Shown: positions 36,132-46,800 of the stretch, one piece after another
How the letters are laid out: the number at the start of each line of letters is the position of its first letter
Numbering within the stretch: position 1 is the first letter of the stretch
Assembly: GCA_039815185.1 (NCBI GenBank)
Contig: JBCBZT010000050.1
Coordinates: 1 to 54,441, forward strand
Source: Cyanobacteria bacterium P01_A01_bin.123
GTDB lineage: Bacteria > Cyanobacteriota > Cyanobacteriia > Phormidesmidales > Phormidesmidaceae
DNA length: 54,441 bases
Direction: 5' to 3'
Position numbers and translations under genes: made by a program
The notes under the pieces: generated by a model
What the model saw: only the letters and a program-made list of their open reading frames with translations
The model's database searches: none
Told to the model about the DNA's origin: nothing

Positions 36132-36686
36132 ATGCGGATCAAACCTTTGCTGGTGAAAACAACTGCTGGGGTAATGCTGATATTTTCTGCGATCGCGGTC
36201 TTTGCAGCCTTACCTGAGGATGCTACAGAAACTAATTGGCAAAGTGCATCCCATGCCCCGAGCAAGCTTCTCGACCAGGTTGTTAGCGACAACTTGCCTT
36301 CTGATCTGTCGATCGATGCCACCCAAATGCAGGTGTGGGAAATCCAGCTTGCCGGACAACCAGCCCCACTCTACTTAATTGATACTCGCGTTGCTGACAA
36401 TGCCGAAGATCCAGCCGGTAATCCTCTGTGTGGAGCATTGGGCTGTGCCTTTTTCGGCTACGTCCTGACTGATGGCAATTACGAGAAGGTGCTGGATGCC
36501 TATTTCAAACCCGAACTTCCCCCAGAGGTGCCGCTCTTTGAATTAGCCGAAGCGCTGCAAAATGACCTGCCCGTGTTGAAGGTCAATCAACTCGAAGGCG
36601 ACCAAATTCAGCAGTTCACCCTGGTTTTCAACAACGGGCAATACGAAAACGTAGAAATTCAAACGCTGCCGCAGCGCTATGAGTAA
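36132..36686 (+). CDS. Secreted hypothetical tra protein
   Basis: Signal/TM segment; PLCGALGC motif; tight operon spacing. Confidence 0.6.
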   Translation: MRIKPLLVKTTAGVMLIFSAIAVFAALPEDATETNWQSASHAPSKLLDQVVSDNLPSDLSIDATQMQVWEIQLAGQPAPLYLIDTRVADNAEDPAGNPLCGALGCAFFGYVLTDGNYEKVLDAYFKPELPPEVPLFELAEALQNDLPVLKVNQLEGDQIQQFTLVFNNGQYENVEIQTLPQRYE

Positions 36687-38397
36687 CGAGTCGCCCAATC
36701 AGTTACAACTCATTCAAGCTTTGCCAGAACCATTACAAGACGTGGCTCAATCGTTGATCCAGTCTGGCATGGGCACGATGCTCGTGGGTCTGCTCCTGCT
36801 CGCAGGTGCGATGCACTTGTTTTCAAGCAAGCGGGGTAAGCTTTCGACTGGGCGATTTGCTGGACGCCCTGAAACCTGGGCCGCTCAGGCAATGGCTAAA
36901 AAGCAACGAAAACAGCAGCGGCCTCATCAGGTTGCACTGAAAGCAGGTAATCTAGCCATCCCCAATGCTCAACAAAGCCTTGCCGTTGCCGGAGCGCCCG
37001 ACTCAGGCAAGACGTTCAGCATTATCGATCCAGCCATTCGCGCCGCGATCGCCCAGGGATTTGCCCTAGTCGTATACGACTTTAAAGGCAGTCAGCTCGA
37101 AGCCCACGCAGCATGGGCGGCGTCCCAGGGCTATCAGGTTTCGATTCTCGCGCCGGGTCAACCCTACTCCGATGTGTGCAATCCCCTGGACTTCTTGGCA
37201 GATGAAACCGACTCGTTAATGGCGGCACAACTGGCCCAAGTACTGCAAAAGAATACCCAGCGCGGCGGGGCTTATCGAGACAATGACTTCTTCACGAGCG
37301 CGGGCACCAATCTCGTCGAAGCTGTCATGCTGCTGGCCAAGCTGACGCCTTACCCAGACTTACTCATGGCCAGCAAGATTCTCAATCTGTCAGAGCTGCC
37401 CGCTCGTATCCGAGCCGCTGGGGATGCAGGCTTGATTCCCCCCTGGACTTTAGAAAGCTTCAGCCAACTGATGGCCTCAGATGGCGCTGAGAAACAGATT
37501 GCAGGCATCATCGCCACCGCCCAACGCACGTTCAAAACCTTTACGGGCAAGCAACTGTTTTCGAGCTTTTGCGGCAAAACTACCATCCCCTTGAAGTTTG
37601 AGGGCAAGCAGTTGCTCTTCTTGCAGGTCGATATCCAGAAACGTGATGCTGTGAGTCCGCTTTTGGCAGCAGCGCTGCACCTGGTGGTCAGCCACAACTT
37701 TGCTCATCCCCGCGAAACCCCACTGGTGATCGCGCTGGATGAATTGCCCACGCTCTACTTACCCGATTTACCCAAGTGGATTAATGAATTCCGCTCCTAT
37801 GGATTTGTCGGGCTTTTGGGCTATCAAAACTTTGCCCAGCTCCAGCATATTTATGGCCGAGACCTCTCCAGAGCCCTGTTTGCCGCCTGTGGCACCAAGG
37901 TCTTTTTCAACCCCAAAGACCGCGAAACGGCCCAGGAATTTTCTAGCTACCTGGGCGAAAAGGATGTGAAATTCTATGCCCATTCGCGGGGACGGGGCGG
38001 CTACAACCGCTCAGAACAGTTTCAACGGGTACCGTTACTCACACCGGATCAAATTCTCAAGCTGGATCAAGGGGAATGTATCTTGATCAACTCGGCCTAC
38101 AAAGGCAGTGGCGAAGCGTCGGTTCCCCTACGCACCAAAGTGAAGATTCCTCGGCAAGAGATCCGCACCCAACAGCGGAGTGTGGCTTTGTGGCATGGCC
38201 AGGTGCGCGATCGCTTAATTCAACGTGCGACCCAACGCCAACCCGCTGCTGATTTGAATCACGAAAACGAAGTGCGCCAAGAAATAGCCGAGCGCCTGTT
38301 TCCCTTACCGCTAAACCAAGGGGGAGCAGACTCAGGTCACGACCAAAATTTTGATGCCGATATCACTGAAGACGAATACGACGAAATTTTTAGATGA
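36679..38397 (+). CDS. virD4: Type IV coupling protein VirD4/TraD
   Basis: N-terminal TM, GAPDSGKT, YDFKG, ALDELPTL, GYQNFAQL, FSSYLGE. Confidence 0.9.
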   Translation: MSNESPNQLQLIQALPEPLQDVAQSLIQSGMGTMLVGLLLLAGAMHLFSSKRGKLSTGRFAGRPETWAAQAMAKKQRKQQRPHQVALKAGNLAIPNAQQSLAVAGAPDSGKTFSIIDPAIRAAIAQGFALVVYDFKGSQLEAHAAWAASQGYQVSILAPGQPYSDVCNPLDFLADETDSLMAAQLAQVLQKNTQRGGAYRDNDFFTSAGTNLVEAVMLLAKLTPYPDLLMASKILNLSELPARIRAAGDAGLIPPWTLESFSQLMASDGAEKQIAGIIATAQRTFKTFTGKQLFSSFCGKTTIPLKFEGKQLLFLQVDIQKRDAVSPLLAAALHLVVSHNFAHPRETPLVIALDELPTLYLPDLPKWINEFRSYGFVGLLGYQNFAQLQHIYGRDLSRALFAACGTKVFFNPKDRETAQEFSSYLGEKDVKFYAHSRGRGGYNRSEQFQRVPLLTPDQILKLDQGECILINSAYKGSGEASVPLRTKVKIPRQEIRTQQRSVALWHGQVRDRLIQRATQRQPAADLNHENEVRQEIAERLFPLPLNQGGADSGHDQNFDADITEDEYDEIFR

Positions 38398-38412
38398 CTT
38401 AGGAGAAGCCTT

Positions 38413-38775
38413 ATGAACATCACGAACAATCCATCGTCCAACCCGGAGACCTGGGGACTTTCACCCCAAACCGTTAACGTCCTGGCGCAATCACCGGAGA
38501 TCCTTACAGACTTGGCCCACAGCCGAGCTTTACCGCCCCTGCCCCCTGGTTATGTGCCCCAGGTGGTTGAGGTGTTATTCGACGACGTTCCTTTTATTCG
38601 ATCTGAGGGAGGTAATGTCACGTTCTTGCGGGACTGCCGCGCCGCGTATGAACCCACGCTGATCGAATACCGCTTTGACGATGAGACAGCCGTGCTTCAA
38701 GTCGGTGGCGAGTATGTGGTGAATCGAATCAAAGGCATTGCCCAGGTGACGGTACTCACGAGTCTTTTGAATTAA
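38413..38775 (+). CDS. Hypothetical protein
   Basis: RBS AGGAG; 120-aa ORF within the operon. Confidence 0.65.
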   Translation: MNITNNPSSNPETWGLSPQTVNVLAQSPEILTDLAHSRALPPLPPGYVPQVVEVLFDDVPFIRSEGGNVTFLRDCRAAYEPTLIEYRFDDETAVLQVGGEYVVNRIKGIAQVTVLTSLLN

Positions 38776-38788
38776 GGAGGGCAAAATC

Positions 38789-40420
38789 ATGGTGTTTACT
38801 ATCAATCCAGCCGATGCCCAGGCGATCCAAGAAGATGAAGCCCAACTTGTTGCTGCCATTCTGCAAGCGACACGGGGACTTACGGCCAACACGTCGCTAT
38901 CAGCCAATCCTCAAGCGGCTGAAACTTTGCGAATTCAGATGGGACGACGTTTGGTTTATGGCCAGATGGCAAATGGTGCCTTTCGCAATGAGCTGAATGC
39001 TGACTCGATGAAGCTGATCTGGGATGCTGTTCAGCAGCCCGTTACCCCTGGTGCTTCGCCAGAAGCTTATCAAGGCAAAGTGCCCGCGATTGAAATCCGC
39101 AATGGTGACGACATTCTGTTTCGAGAAGAGCGCGATGGTACCGTTACCGTTAACCAAATTCAGTTTCAACTCGACCAGCCGATAGCGCCGCCTTTGAGAG
39201 GGGTGCCTGAATTGCCGAACGGTAGGGTAACGGTTCCAGAGGAAGCCCCTACTAAAATTCAGGCCATTGAAGATGCGGATTGGAAAGCAGACGATATTGC
39301 CCAGATTGCCAGCCATCTGCTGAATCCTTTAGGGACTGACCAGCCCATTTACAAATCGGTGACACTTCAGGGTTACACGATCGATCAGGACGGGGCTCAA
39401 CTCACGGTCGCTCGGGAGGGTCAGTCCATTGTGGTGGCTGAAAATGACGCTGTCGTTGAGAACAACATTACCCAACAGGACTGGCAGTGTTTTCAACGCA
39501 TTCAGCGCGGGTTGCTGGTTCAACAGCCTGTGGCTCAACCTGCTGCTGAGCTGAATGGAAAACAGGATGGACAAAGGGCAACTGTTCTCACATTGCAGGA
39601 TGCCAGAGCTGATAAAGATGTCCCACCTGCGATCGCAGTCCTCCAGAATCAACTCGCGAAACTCCCCGAAGGCCCAACCAAAACCCTCCTCCAAACCACA
39701 ACCCAAGTTTGGCAGCAGCAGATCCAACCGAGTCTTCAAGCCGGACTCAAACAGGGTATGAATTGGTTAGCCTCTCGACCTCAGGCTTTTCGCCAGGACT
39801 CAGCAGCCCGAGCCGCGTTGGACTTGTTTAATCGAGGCTATGAGCGTACGGGAGAAAAAACCTATGGGCTGGAGGGTTTTCGGCTAAGCCTCCAAGGTCT
39901 CAATCTCTACACCCTGAGTGACTCAAAAGGCACACTGCTCCGGTTTCAGGCGTTTCAATCCCCCATTCCTGGCATTCGACGCCAAACCCTCAAAATTCTC
40001 GACGACAATGGTGCTGCCCAACCGTCACGATTGACGCCAGCAGTAGTTGGGTCTCTACGAGAACTACAGCGTAACCCCCATGCCATGCCCAGAGGGAATC
40101 TCGACCAAGAATCGGTCTACGCTGCCAAAACCAACAAAGTTGAGAAAACGGTACAAACGTTTCTGACCACGCAAGTGCGAGCTAACGTTTGGGATAGGGA
40201 AGGCGGTCGTTATCGCTTCGAGTTGGGTGACGGCGAAACGCTGCGAATCATTGATAAGCAGGGCGATCGCGGTTTAGTTTATCAGCGCCATAAGGGCGAA
40301 GTGTATTCTCGCCTAGGGGTAGCAGATTTTGCCCACTTTGACCAATTGGCCAATCGGCTTCAACGGCTGAATCAACCCGTCGCCAAGGCAAGTAAATCCC
40401 ACGGACTAGAAATCAGTTAA
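38789..40420 (+). CDS. Hypothetical plasmid protein, possible T4SS substrate
   Basis: RBS AAGGAGG; 543 aa; basic C-terminal tail KASKSHGLEIS. Confidence 0.7.
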   Translation: MVFTINPADAQAIQEDEAQLVAAILQATRGLTANTSLSANPQAAETLRIQMGRRLVYGQMANGAFRNELNADSMKLIWDAVQQPVTPGASPEAYQGKVPAIEIRNGDDILFREERDGTVTVNQIQFQLDQPIAPPLRGVPELPNGRVTVPEEAPTKIQAIEDADWKADDIAQIASHLLNPLGTDQPIYKSVTLQGYTIDQDGAQLTVAREGQSIVVAENDAVVENNITQQDWQCFQRIQRGLLVQQPVAQPAAELNGKQDGQRATVLTLQDARADKDVPPAIAVLQNQLAKLPEGPTKTLLQTTTQVWQQQIQPSLQAGLKQGMNWLASRPQAFRQDSAARAALDLFNRGYERTGEKTYGLEGFRLSLQGLNLYTLSDSKGTLLRFQAFQSPIPGIRRQTLKILDDNGAAQPSRLTPAVVGSLRELQRNPHAMPRGNLDQESVYAAKTNKVEKTVQTFLTTQVRANVWDREGGRYRFELGDGETLRIIDKQGDRGLVYQRHKGEVYSRLGVADFAHFDQLANRLQRLNQPVAKASKSHGLEIS

Positions 40421-40436
40421 ATCAGGGAAGGTTAAG

Positions 40437-40811
40437 ATGCGCTTCTACATCAGAATTCCTACCTATCTCGTCATCACTGTTTTGATTGGGTTCATTGGTC
40501 TGTTTCAAACCCTGAATCCGCCTCGACCAGAAGCGGTGTATTCAAACCCTGAGACGGCTGAAGAGTTTCTGCGACGGGGTGAACTCTACGCCGATCGCCA
40601 GGAGTATGAAAAAGCCCTGGCGGATTACGTCCGGGCTGAACAGCTCGACCCTACCGATAGCCATGTCTATTTGAAAAAAGGGTCGGCCTTATCAGCACTC
40701 AACGAGCCAGAAGCCGCTATCGAGCAGTACGAGAAAGCCAAAGCGATGTCTGAACATGGTGGCGCTCTGCTGCAATACCGAATCGATCAAGAGCGTCAAA
40801 AGCTTCAGTAG
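40437..40811 (+). CDS. Small TPR protein with an N-terminal TM
   Basis: RGELYADRQEYEKALADYVRAEQLDP and KGSALSALNEPEAAIEQYEKA TPR units. Confidence 0.8.
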   Translation: MRFYIRIPTYLVITVLIGFIGLFQTLNPPRPEAVYSNPETAEEFLRRGELYADRQEYEKALADYVRAEQLDPTDSHVYLKKGSALSALNEPEAAIEQYEKAKAMSEHGGALLQYRIDQERQKLQ

Positions 40812-40840
40812 CCTCGTTGCCGTTTACAGGATTTTGAGTC

Positions 40841-43800
40841 ATGAGTCATCCCGCACTCGTGGAATATTTTGTTGGCTGTTTTCTCAATGGAGAACAGTTC
40901 CCCTCAATCGTTCAGGCGCGATCGCAGGCCGCTCGTATTCTGGGCAAGTCTGTCAAACCTGGCAGTGCCGAAGCTAAACAGGTGGATGAAGCCGTAGAAG
41001 CTGCGGTGGTGAGAGCTGCCCGTGTGCTTGTGACCTCAGCCCCAACCCGCGAAGATGCCCACGATCAACTGGTTGATCTGCTTGATCGTCAACCAGGACT
41101 TAATGTCCGCAGTTCCACTAGCGTTTTACAGCAGGCGTACAGCACCCCAGTGCCGATCGCATTTTTGGCGTCAGTTCTGGCGGGAATTGGTGCCCAGAAA
41201 TCGGTCTATGAACCCAGTGCAGGCCATGGCGCTTTGCTAATCGCGGCGAATCCAGCCAGGGTTACGGCCAATGAAATCAATCCAGATCGAGCAGCGGACT
41301 TACGCGCCCAAGGCTATGCCGTCACCCAACTCGACGCTACGGATTACTGCCCTGACCATAAGCACGACGTAGTAATTGCCAATCCACCCTTTGGTCGCAT
41401 TCGTGCGCCAGATGGTAAGCTCCAACGATTTGAGATGCCCGGTAATCGTCGCGGAACGGCACAAATTGATCAGGCGATCGCCCTGCAAGCTCTCAACGCC
41501 ATGAAAGACGATGGGCGAGCGGTACTGATTCTCGGTAGCCAATTGGGAGATGAGGACGCGCTGCGCTCAGATCGCTACAACCAATTGACAAGCCGGGGTT
41601 TCTTCAAAGTGCTGTATGAACGCTATGCCGTCGTTGAGCACTTCTCAATCTCAGGTGACCTCTACCGCAAACAAGGTGCAGGCTTTCCCATCGACATGAT
41701 TGTGATTAATGGTCGGGGTACCTCCCAACGTCCATTGCCTGCTGCCGAAGTCCCTCCCCTCTACACATCCTTTGCTGACCTCAAGGAGCGCTTACCCTAT
41801 GAACTCAACCCAACTCAATCCACCGACTTACCCGGAATACAGCAGCTATCCCTTAGTCTGGAAACCCCAACCGACAGGCGATCAAACCCTGTTTTTCGTG
41901 CGAGTCCCCCTCGTTCTCCCGCAGATGAGTTGGCGGCACTACCTCACCCTGATGCAGCTCAGAGTTCAGTGGATGATTTGCAACGCAGCAGAACCCCAGA
42001 TTCAGATTCAACAGCAGTTAGAGACCACCCTCGCCACACTCAACATCAGCCAGGAACCGCCCAGCCCATACGAAACCAGCAACAGTCGGGAACTAGCTCC
42101 CCCCAGTCTTTGGGCCATGACCTGGGCAGAAGCGCTGATCAGCCTCAACGACACCTGGAAAACGAAGTTCGAGATCGAAAACGAAGCCATAACCTTTCCC
42201 TGTTTAGTCAGTCATCCCCGCGATCGCCGGATTCAGCAGCAGTGGCGGGAAGATCACGACGAGATGGGGTTGGAGAGCTGGCTGGCAGATCTGACCCACG
42301 GCATGGACGTGTGAATGAGGAGGCATCGGCCATGCAAACGCCTGTACAACCGCTTCATGTTCCTTATTTACCGCGCAGTCAGGGGCGATCGCCGAAAACG
42401 CTGATTCCTACCAACATGGCAGTGGCGGCGCAGAGTGCGTTGACGCAACTGGAGCGGCAGCGCGGGGATATCGATGAGTTTGTCTGCCAGCGTTTGGGGT
42501 TCGACACCAAAGCCCAGCTTTGGAAAGTCCTCTATGCCGAACAGGTCGATGCTCTAGCCCTCGCCTTCCACCAGCGCGATCAGGGCAAAATCTTCCTCAA
42601 CGGCGATCAAACGGGTAACGGCAAAGGCCGCTTTGGCGCAGCCACCATCCTCGACGCCCAGCGACAGGGATACATCCCCGTCTTCATTACCCAAAAGCCC
42701 AACCTCTACAACTCAATGATTAACGACCTGGCCGATATCGGTCGGCGCGGGTTCAGACCGTTCGTTACCAACAACAATCTCACCCTGAAGCTGGACAGTG
42801 GCCGCAAGCTCAAGACCCTGTCAGCCCTGGATCAAGAAGCCGAAATGCTGCGAATTATGCAGCAGGGGTTGGGCAGCTACGACGCCATTTTCACCACCTA
42901 CAACCAATTGCAAACCCTCAAAGGCAAAGAACCATTTCGGCGGCAATTCCTCAGTGAGATCGCACCTCAAGCTGTATTCATTTTTGATGAATCCCACGAA
43001 GCGGGCGGCAGCACGGGCGAAAGTGCCTGGAAACGAGCCGGAGCTGCACCAGACCGGGCCGAGTTCGTTCGCCACCTGGTAGATACTGCCGCTGGTGCGG
43101 TATTCATGTCAGCCACCGCCACCAAAGATCCAGCCGTCATGGATCTCTACGCCCGCCGCACCGATGCCCGCCATGCAGTTGCCATGGCCACCTTGAAGCG
43201 GGTGTTGCAATCGGGGGGAATTCCCCTCCAGCAAATGATGGCCACTAAGTTTGTTGCCTCCGGTCAATTGCTGCGGCGAGAACGATCCTTTGAAAACATC
43301 ACCTTCCAAGCCCAGGTAGTGCCCGTGGATCGCACAGTGGCAGACGGCATTTCCGCGATCATGCGGGCCATCAATGCCTTTGATCAGGCCAAAGAAAAAG
43401 CGGTTTCTGAACTCAGCAAAGACCTGAAAAAAGAGGCCAAACGTTTTAGCCAAGACCACGCTATCGGCCAAGCCGGGGCTAAATCGACCAACTTCACCTC
43501 CCTGATGCACAACGCCATCGATCAGGGTTTATTGGCGCAAAAAGCAGAAGCGACAGTACAAGCTGCGATCGCCTCATTGCAAAACGGTGAGAAACCCCTG
43601 ATAGCAGTTGCTTCCACTATGGATGCCTTCATCAACTGGTACACCGAAGAAAACTGCATCGAACCGGGTGACGCCCTGCAAATCACCTTTGGCGATGTCC
43701 TGGCTCGGTATCTAGAGCGCTCCCGTGACGTGCTAATCAGCAATTACGAAGGCGTGATTAACCGCCAACGACTGACGGATGCTGAAATTGGCCCCGATGG

Positions 43801-46800
43801 AGTCGCCGCCTACCAAGCTGCACAAGATTTGATTGCCAACACCGATCTGTCTGCTATTCCCCTCAGCGCCATTGACTACCTCAAATGGCGACTCCAGCAG
43901 TTGGGCTACAGTGTCGATGAAATCACTGGACGGCAAAACATCGTGGCCTACATTGCCACGGGCGAAACAACCTATGGCCGCCGCTCCAGTCGCGACACCA
44001 ATCCCCAAAGCAAGGTCAATATCGTCAATCGCTTCAACAGCGGCCAGTTGGATGTGGTGATTCTCAACCGCTCGGGGGCGACGGGCATTAACCTCCATGC
44101 TTCAGAACAATTTAGTGACCAACGGCCCCGTCACATGATCGTGGCTCAGGCTGAGCGGGATATTAACCAGGTGATGCAGATGCTGGGTCGGGTGAATCGC
44201 TTTGGCCAGGTGGTAGAACCTAAATTCACGCTGTTGATGAGTGATTTGCCTGCGGAGAAACGCTTGGGAGCCTTGCTCTCGAAAAAGATGGCTTCCCTCA
44301 ATGCCAATACCACTGCGGCCCGCGATTCGGATCTCTCGGTCAGCAGTGTGGGCGATTTTATGAACAGTGTTGGGGAAGAGGTGATTACCGAAATCCTGGA
44401 AGCCGATCCTGAACTGGAAGCGCGACTCTCGTATCCTTCGCGCAATCTCCAGGGGTCAACGGAAACTGAATTGATCAGCCGGGTGACGGGGCGGATTCCC
44501 CTGCTTTCGATTGTGGAACAGGAAGACCTCTATGGCCTGATTGAATCAGAAACCCAAACGCTGATTGCCCAACGGGAGGCTTTAGGTGAGAGTCCGCTCA
44601 GGGCGCAACAGCTCGATCTTGATGCTCGTACGATTGCCAGGATGCAGGTGATTCCCGATGACAGCGAGATTGATAGCGAGTTCACCGGGCCAGTATTTTT
44701 GGAAGTGGTGGATGCCAAGGTGCCGATTAAGCCACCGACTCAGCTCCAGGTGGTGAATACGATCCGCGGACAGCTTGAGCTATCGAAAGTCCGGCAATTA
44801 GACGCGCATGATTTCGATCAGGTGCGAGAGCTGGCCATCAATCAACACCAACAGCTGGCCACAAACCTGACATCTCAAACCGACACTTATCGTCAGCAAA
44901 TGGTGAGCCAGAAGCGAGATGCTGAAGCGGTGATTCGGCTCCGCGATCGCCTCGATAGACAGCTCACCCACATTGTCACCACCCTGAACCAGTTTCCGGT
45001 CGGCACAACCGTCCAGGCGATTACCCCGGAACAAAACATTGCCTATGGAGTCGTCACCCGCATAGTACAAAAAGGAGCCCGAGGCAGTCCCGCTGCCCCC
45101 ACCAACTGGCGTATCCATATCCTTACTGATCAAGGCCAACCGCTTCAGATTCCCCTTTCCCGCTTCAATACCGACCGCAGTTCTGCCCTATCTGTGCGTC
45201 CAGAAACCCAAAACTGGCGCGGTGAATCCATCTACGACGCCTTTGACTTGCATCAAGCTGAACAGCGCACAACCCGCCAGATTTTTACAGGCAACATCCT
45301 CAAAGCCTACGAAAAATATCCCCAGGGTAAGTTTCTCAACTACACCGACCACCAGGGCAATGTGCGGCAAGGTCTGATCATGCCTGCCAGCTTTGACATT
45401 CAAGACGAGCTGCGTCAAGAACCTGTGGCTTTTCGTGAGCCAGATCAGGCGATCGCGTTTCTCACCAACATCAGCAAATACCAGGGCACGGTTAAAGACT
45501 TGGAGCAGGTTTTAACGATCCGGTCTCAGAAGGCGGTGCGGTTTGGTCAGGGAGAGGCAACAGGCTTTGTGTTGCAAACGCCCAAAGCGACTTCAGTGGG
45601 TGGCAAGTATTTTCTCAATGAAGACTTGTTAGCGGCGATCGGGTCAGATTTTTACTCCGTGGGCGATCGCATGGAGGCTATTGTCCCAGCGGAACAGCTC
45701 AAGCAGGTGCTCCAGGTGCTGATGGTAGAGCAGCACATCACGCTGGCAGCTTTTGACTTCAAGGAACATGCCCGCGAGTATCTGGGTGAGGAATTGCCGG
45801 AGTTGGAGCTGATTGAGTCTGGTGAGTTTGAGCAGAAGGGTAACTACGTGCCCTTTGTGCCGGAACCGACCGAAATGGATCGAATGCGGCTAGAAGGGTT
45901 ATTAGAAAACGACGCTGAACCATTCGCCGCAGAGACAGTAACCACCAACGCTGAACCAACAAACGCTGAATCAACAAGAGTTCTACCTGCCAAACAGCAA
46001 ACGGGTGGCCCTGAGAAGACGATCGCCAAATTGCTCGAACAGGCAGGACTGGCTGAAGCGGTGAAGCAGGGGGAAGCGTTTCATCATCGAATTGAGAATG
46101 AGCCGTTTATTCCGTTGGTGATTGAGCGCCATAGCGATCGCCTCTATTTGACCCATTACCTCACCGAAAACGGGGATATGTTCATCGATACGGAGATGGT
46201 GTTTGCCCTGTCTGAAGAGGGCAGGTTGTCTCTGACAGAAACAGCAGTCCAGTCGATGGGAGGGGAATTTCGGGGCTGCGATCGCAGCTTTGCCCACCTC
46301 TTTGCCCGCAACTTGTCACATCAAGGCTTTGCGGAAGCGGCATTAGCCCAGTCCACTCAAACTGCTGAAACCTCAACTTCATCAACGGCAGAAGCGGATT
46401 TAGCCACCCGGACAGAGCCGCCTGATCCCAAAGATACGGACAGAAACGGTTCAGACGATGTTCTGGAAGCTCAAATTCGTCACGATCTGAAGCAATCTGA
46501 ACCCGCACTGCCAACGCCATCCCCAGTCCAAATCAACCTCAAAGACCTAGCCAATCAGGTACGCGAAGCGGATCTCGAAGCGGTGGCCGCAGAACTGGGA
46601 TTGAAACAAGACCGCTACGACAAGCACAAATGGAAGGATGACAGCCATGCCCACATCATCAGCATCAACGGTGGCAAGTTCATGGACTGGATCGCGGACT
46701 ATGGCAGTGGTGGGGCGATTGACCTGGTAATGCATGTGCAGCAGGTGGAGTTCAAGGCGGCGGTGGAGTGGCTATCGGGGCAATCTTTAACACCGCAATC

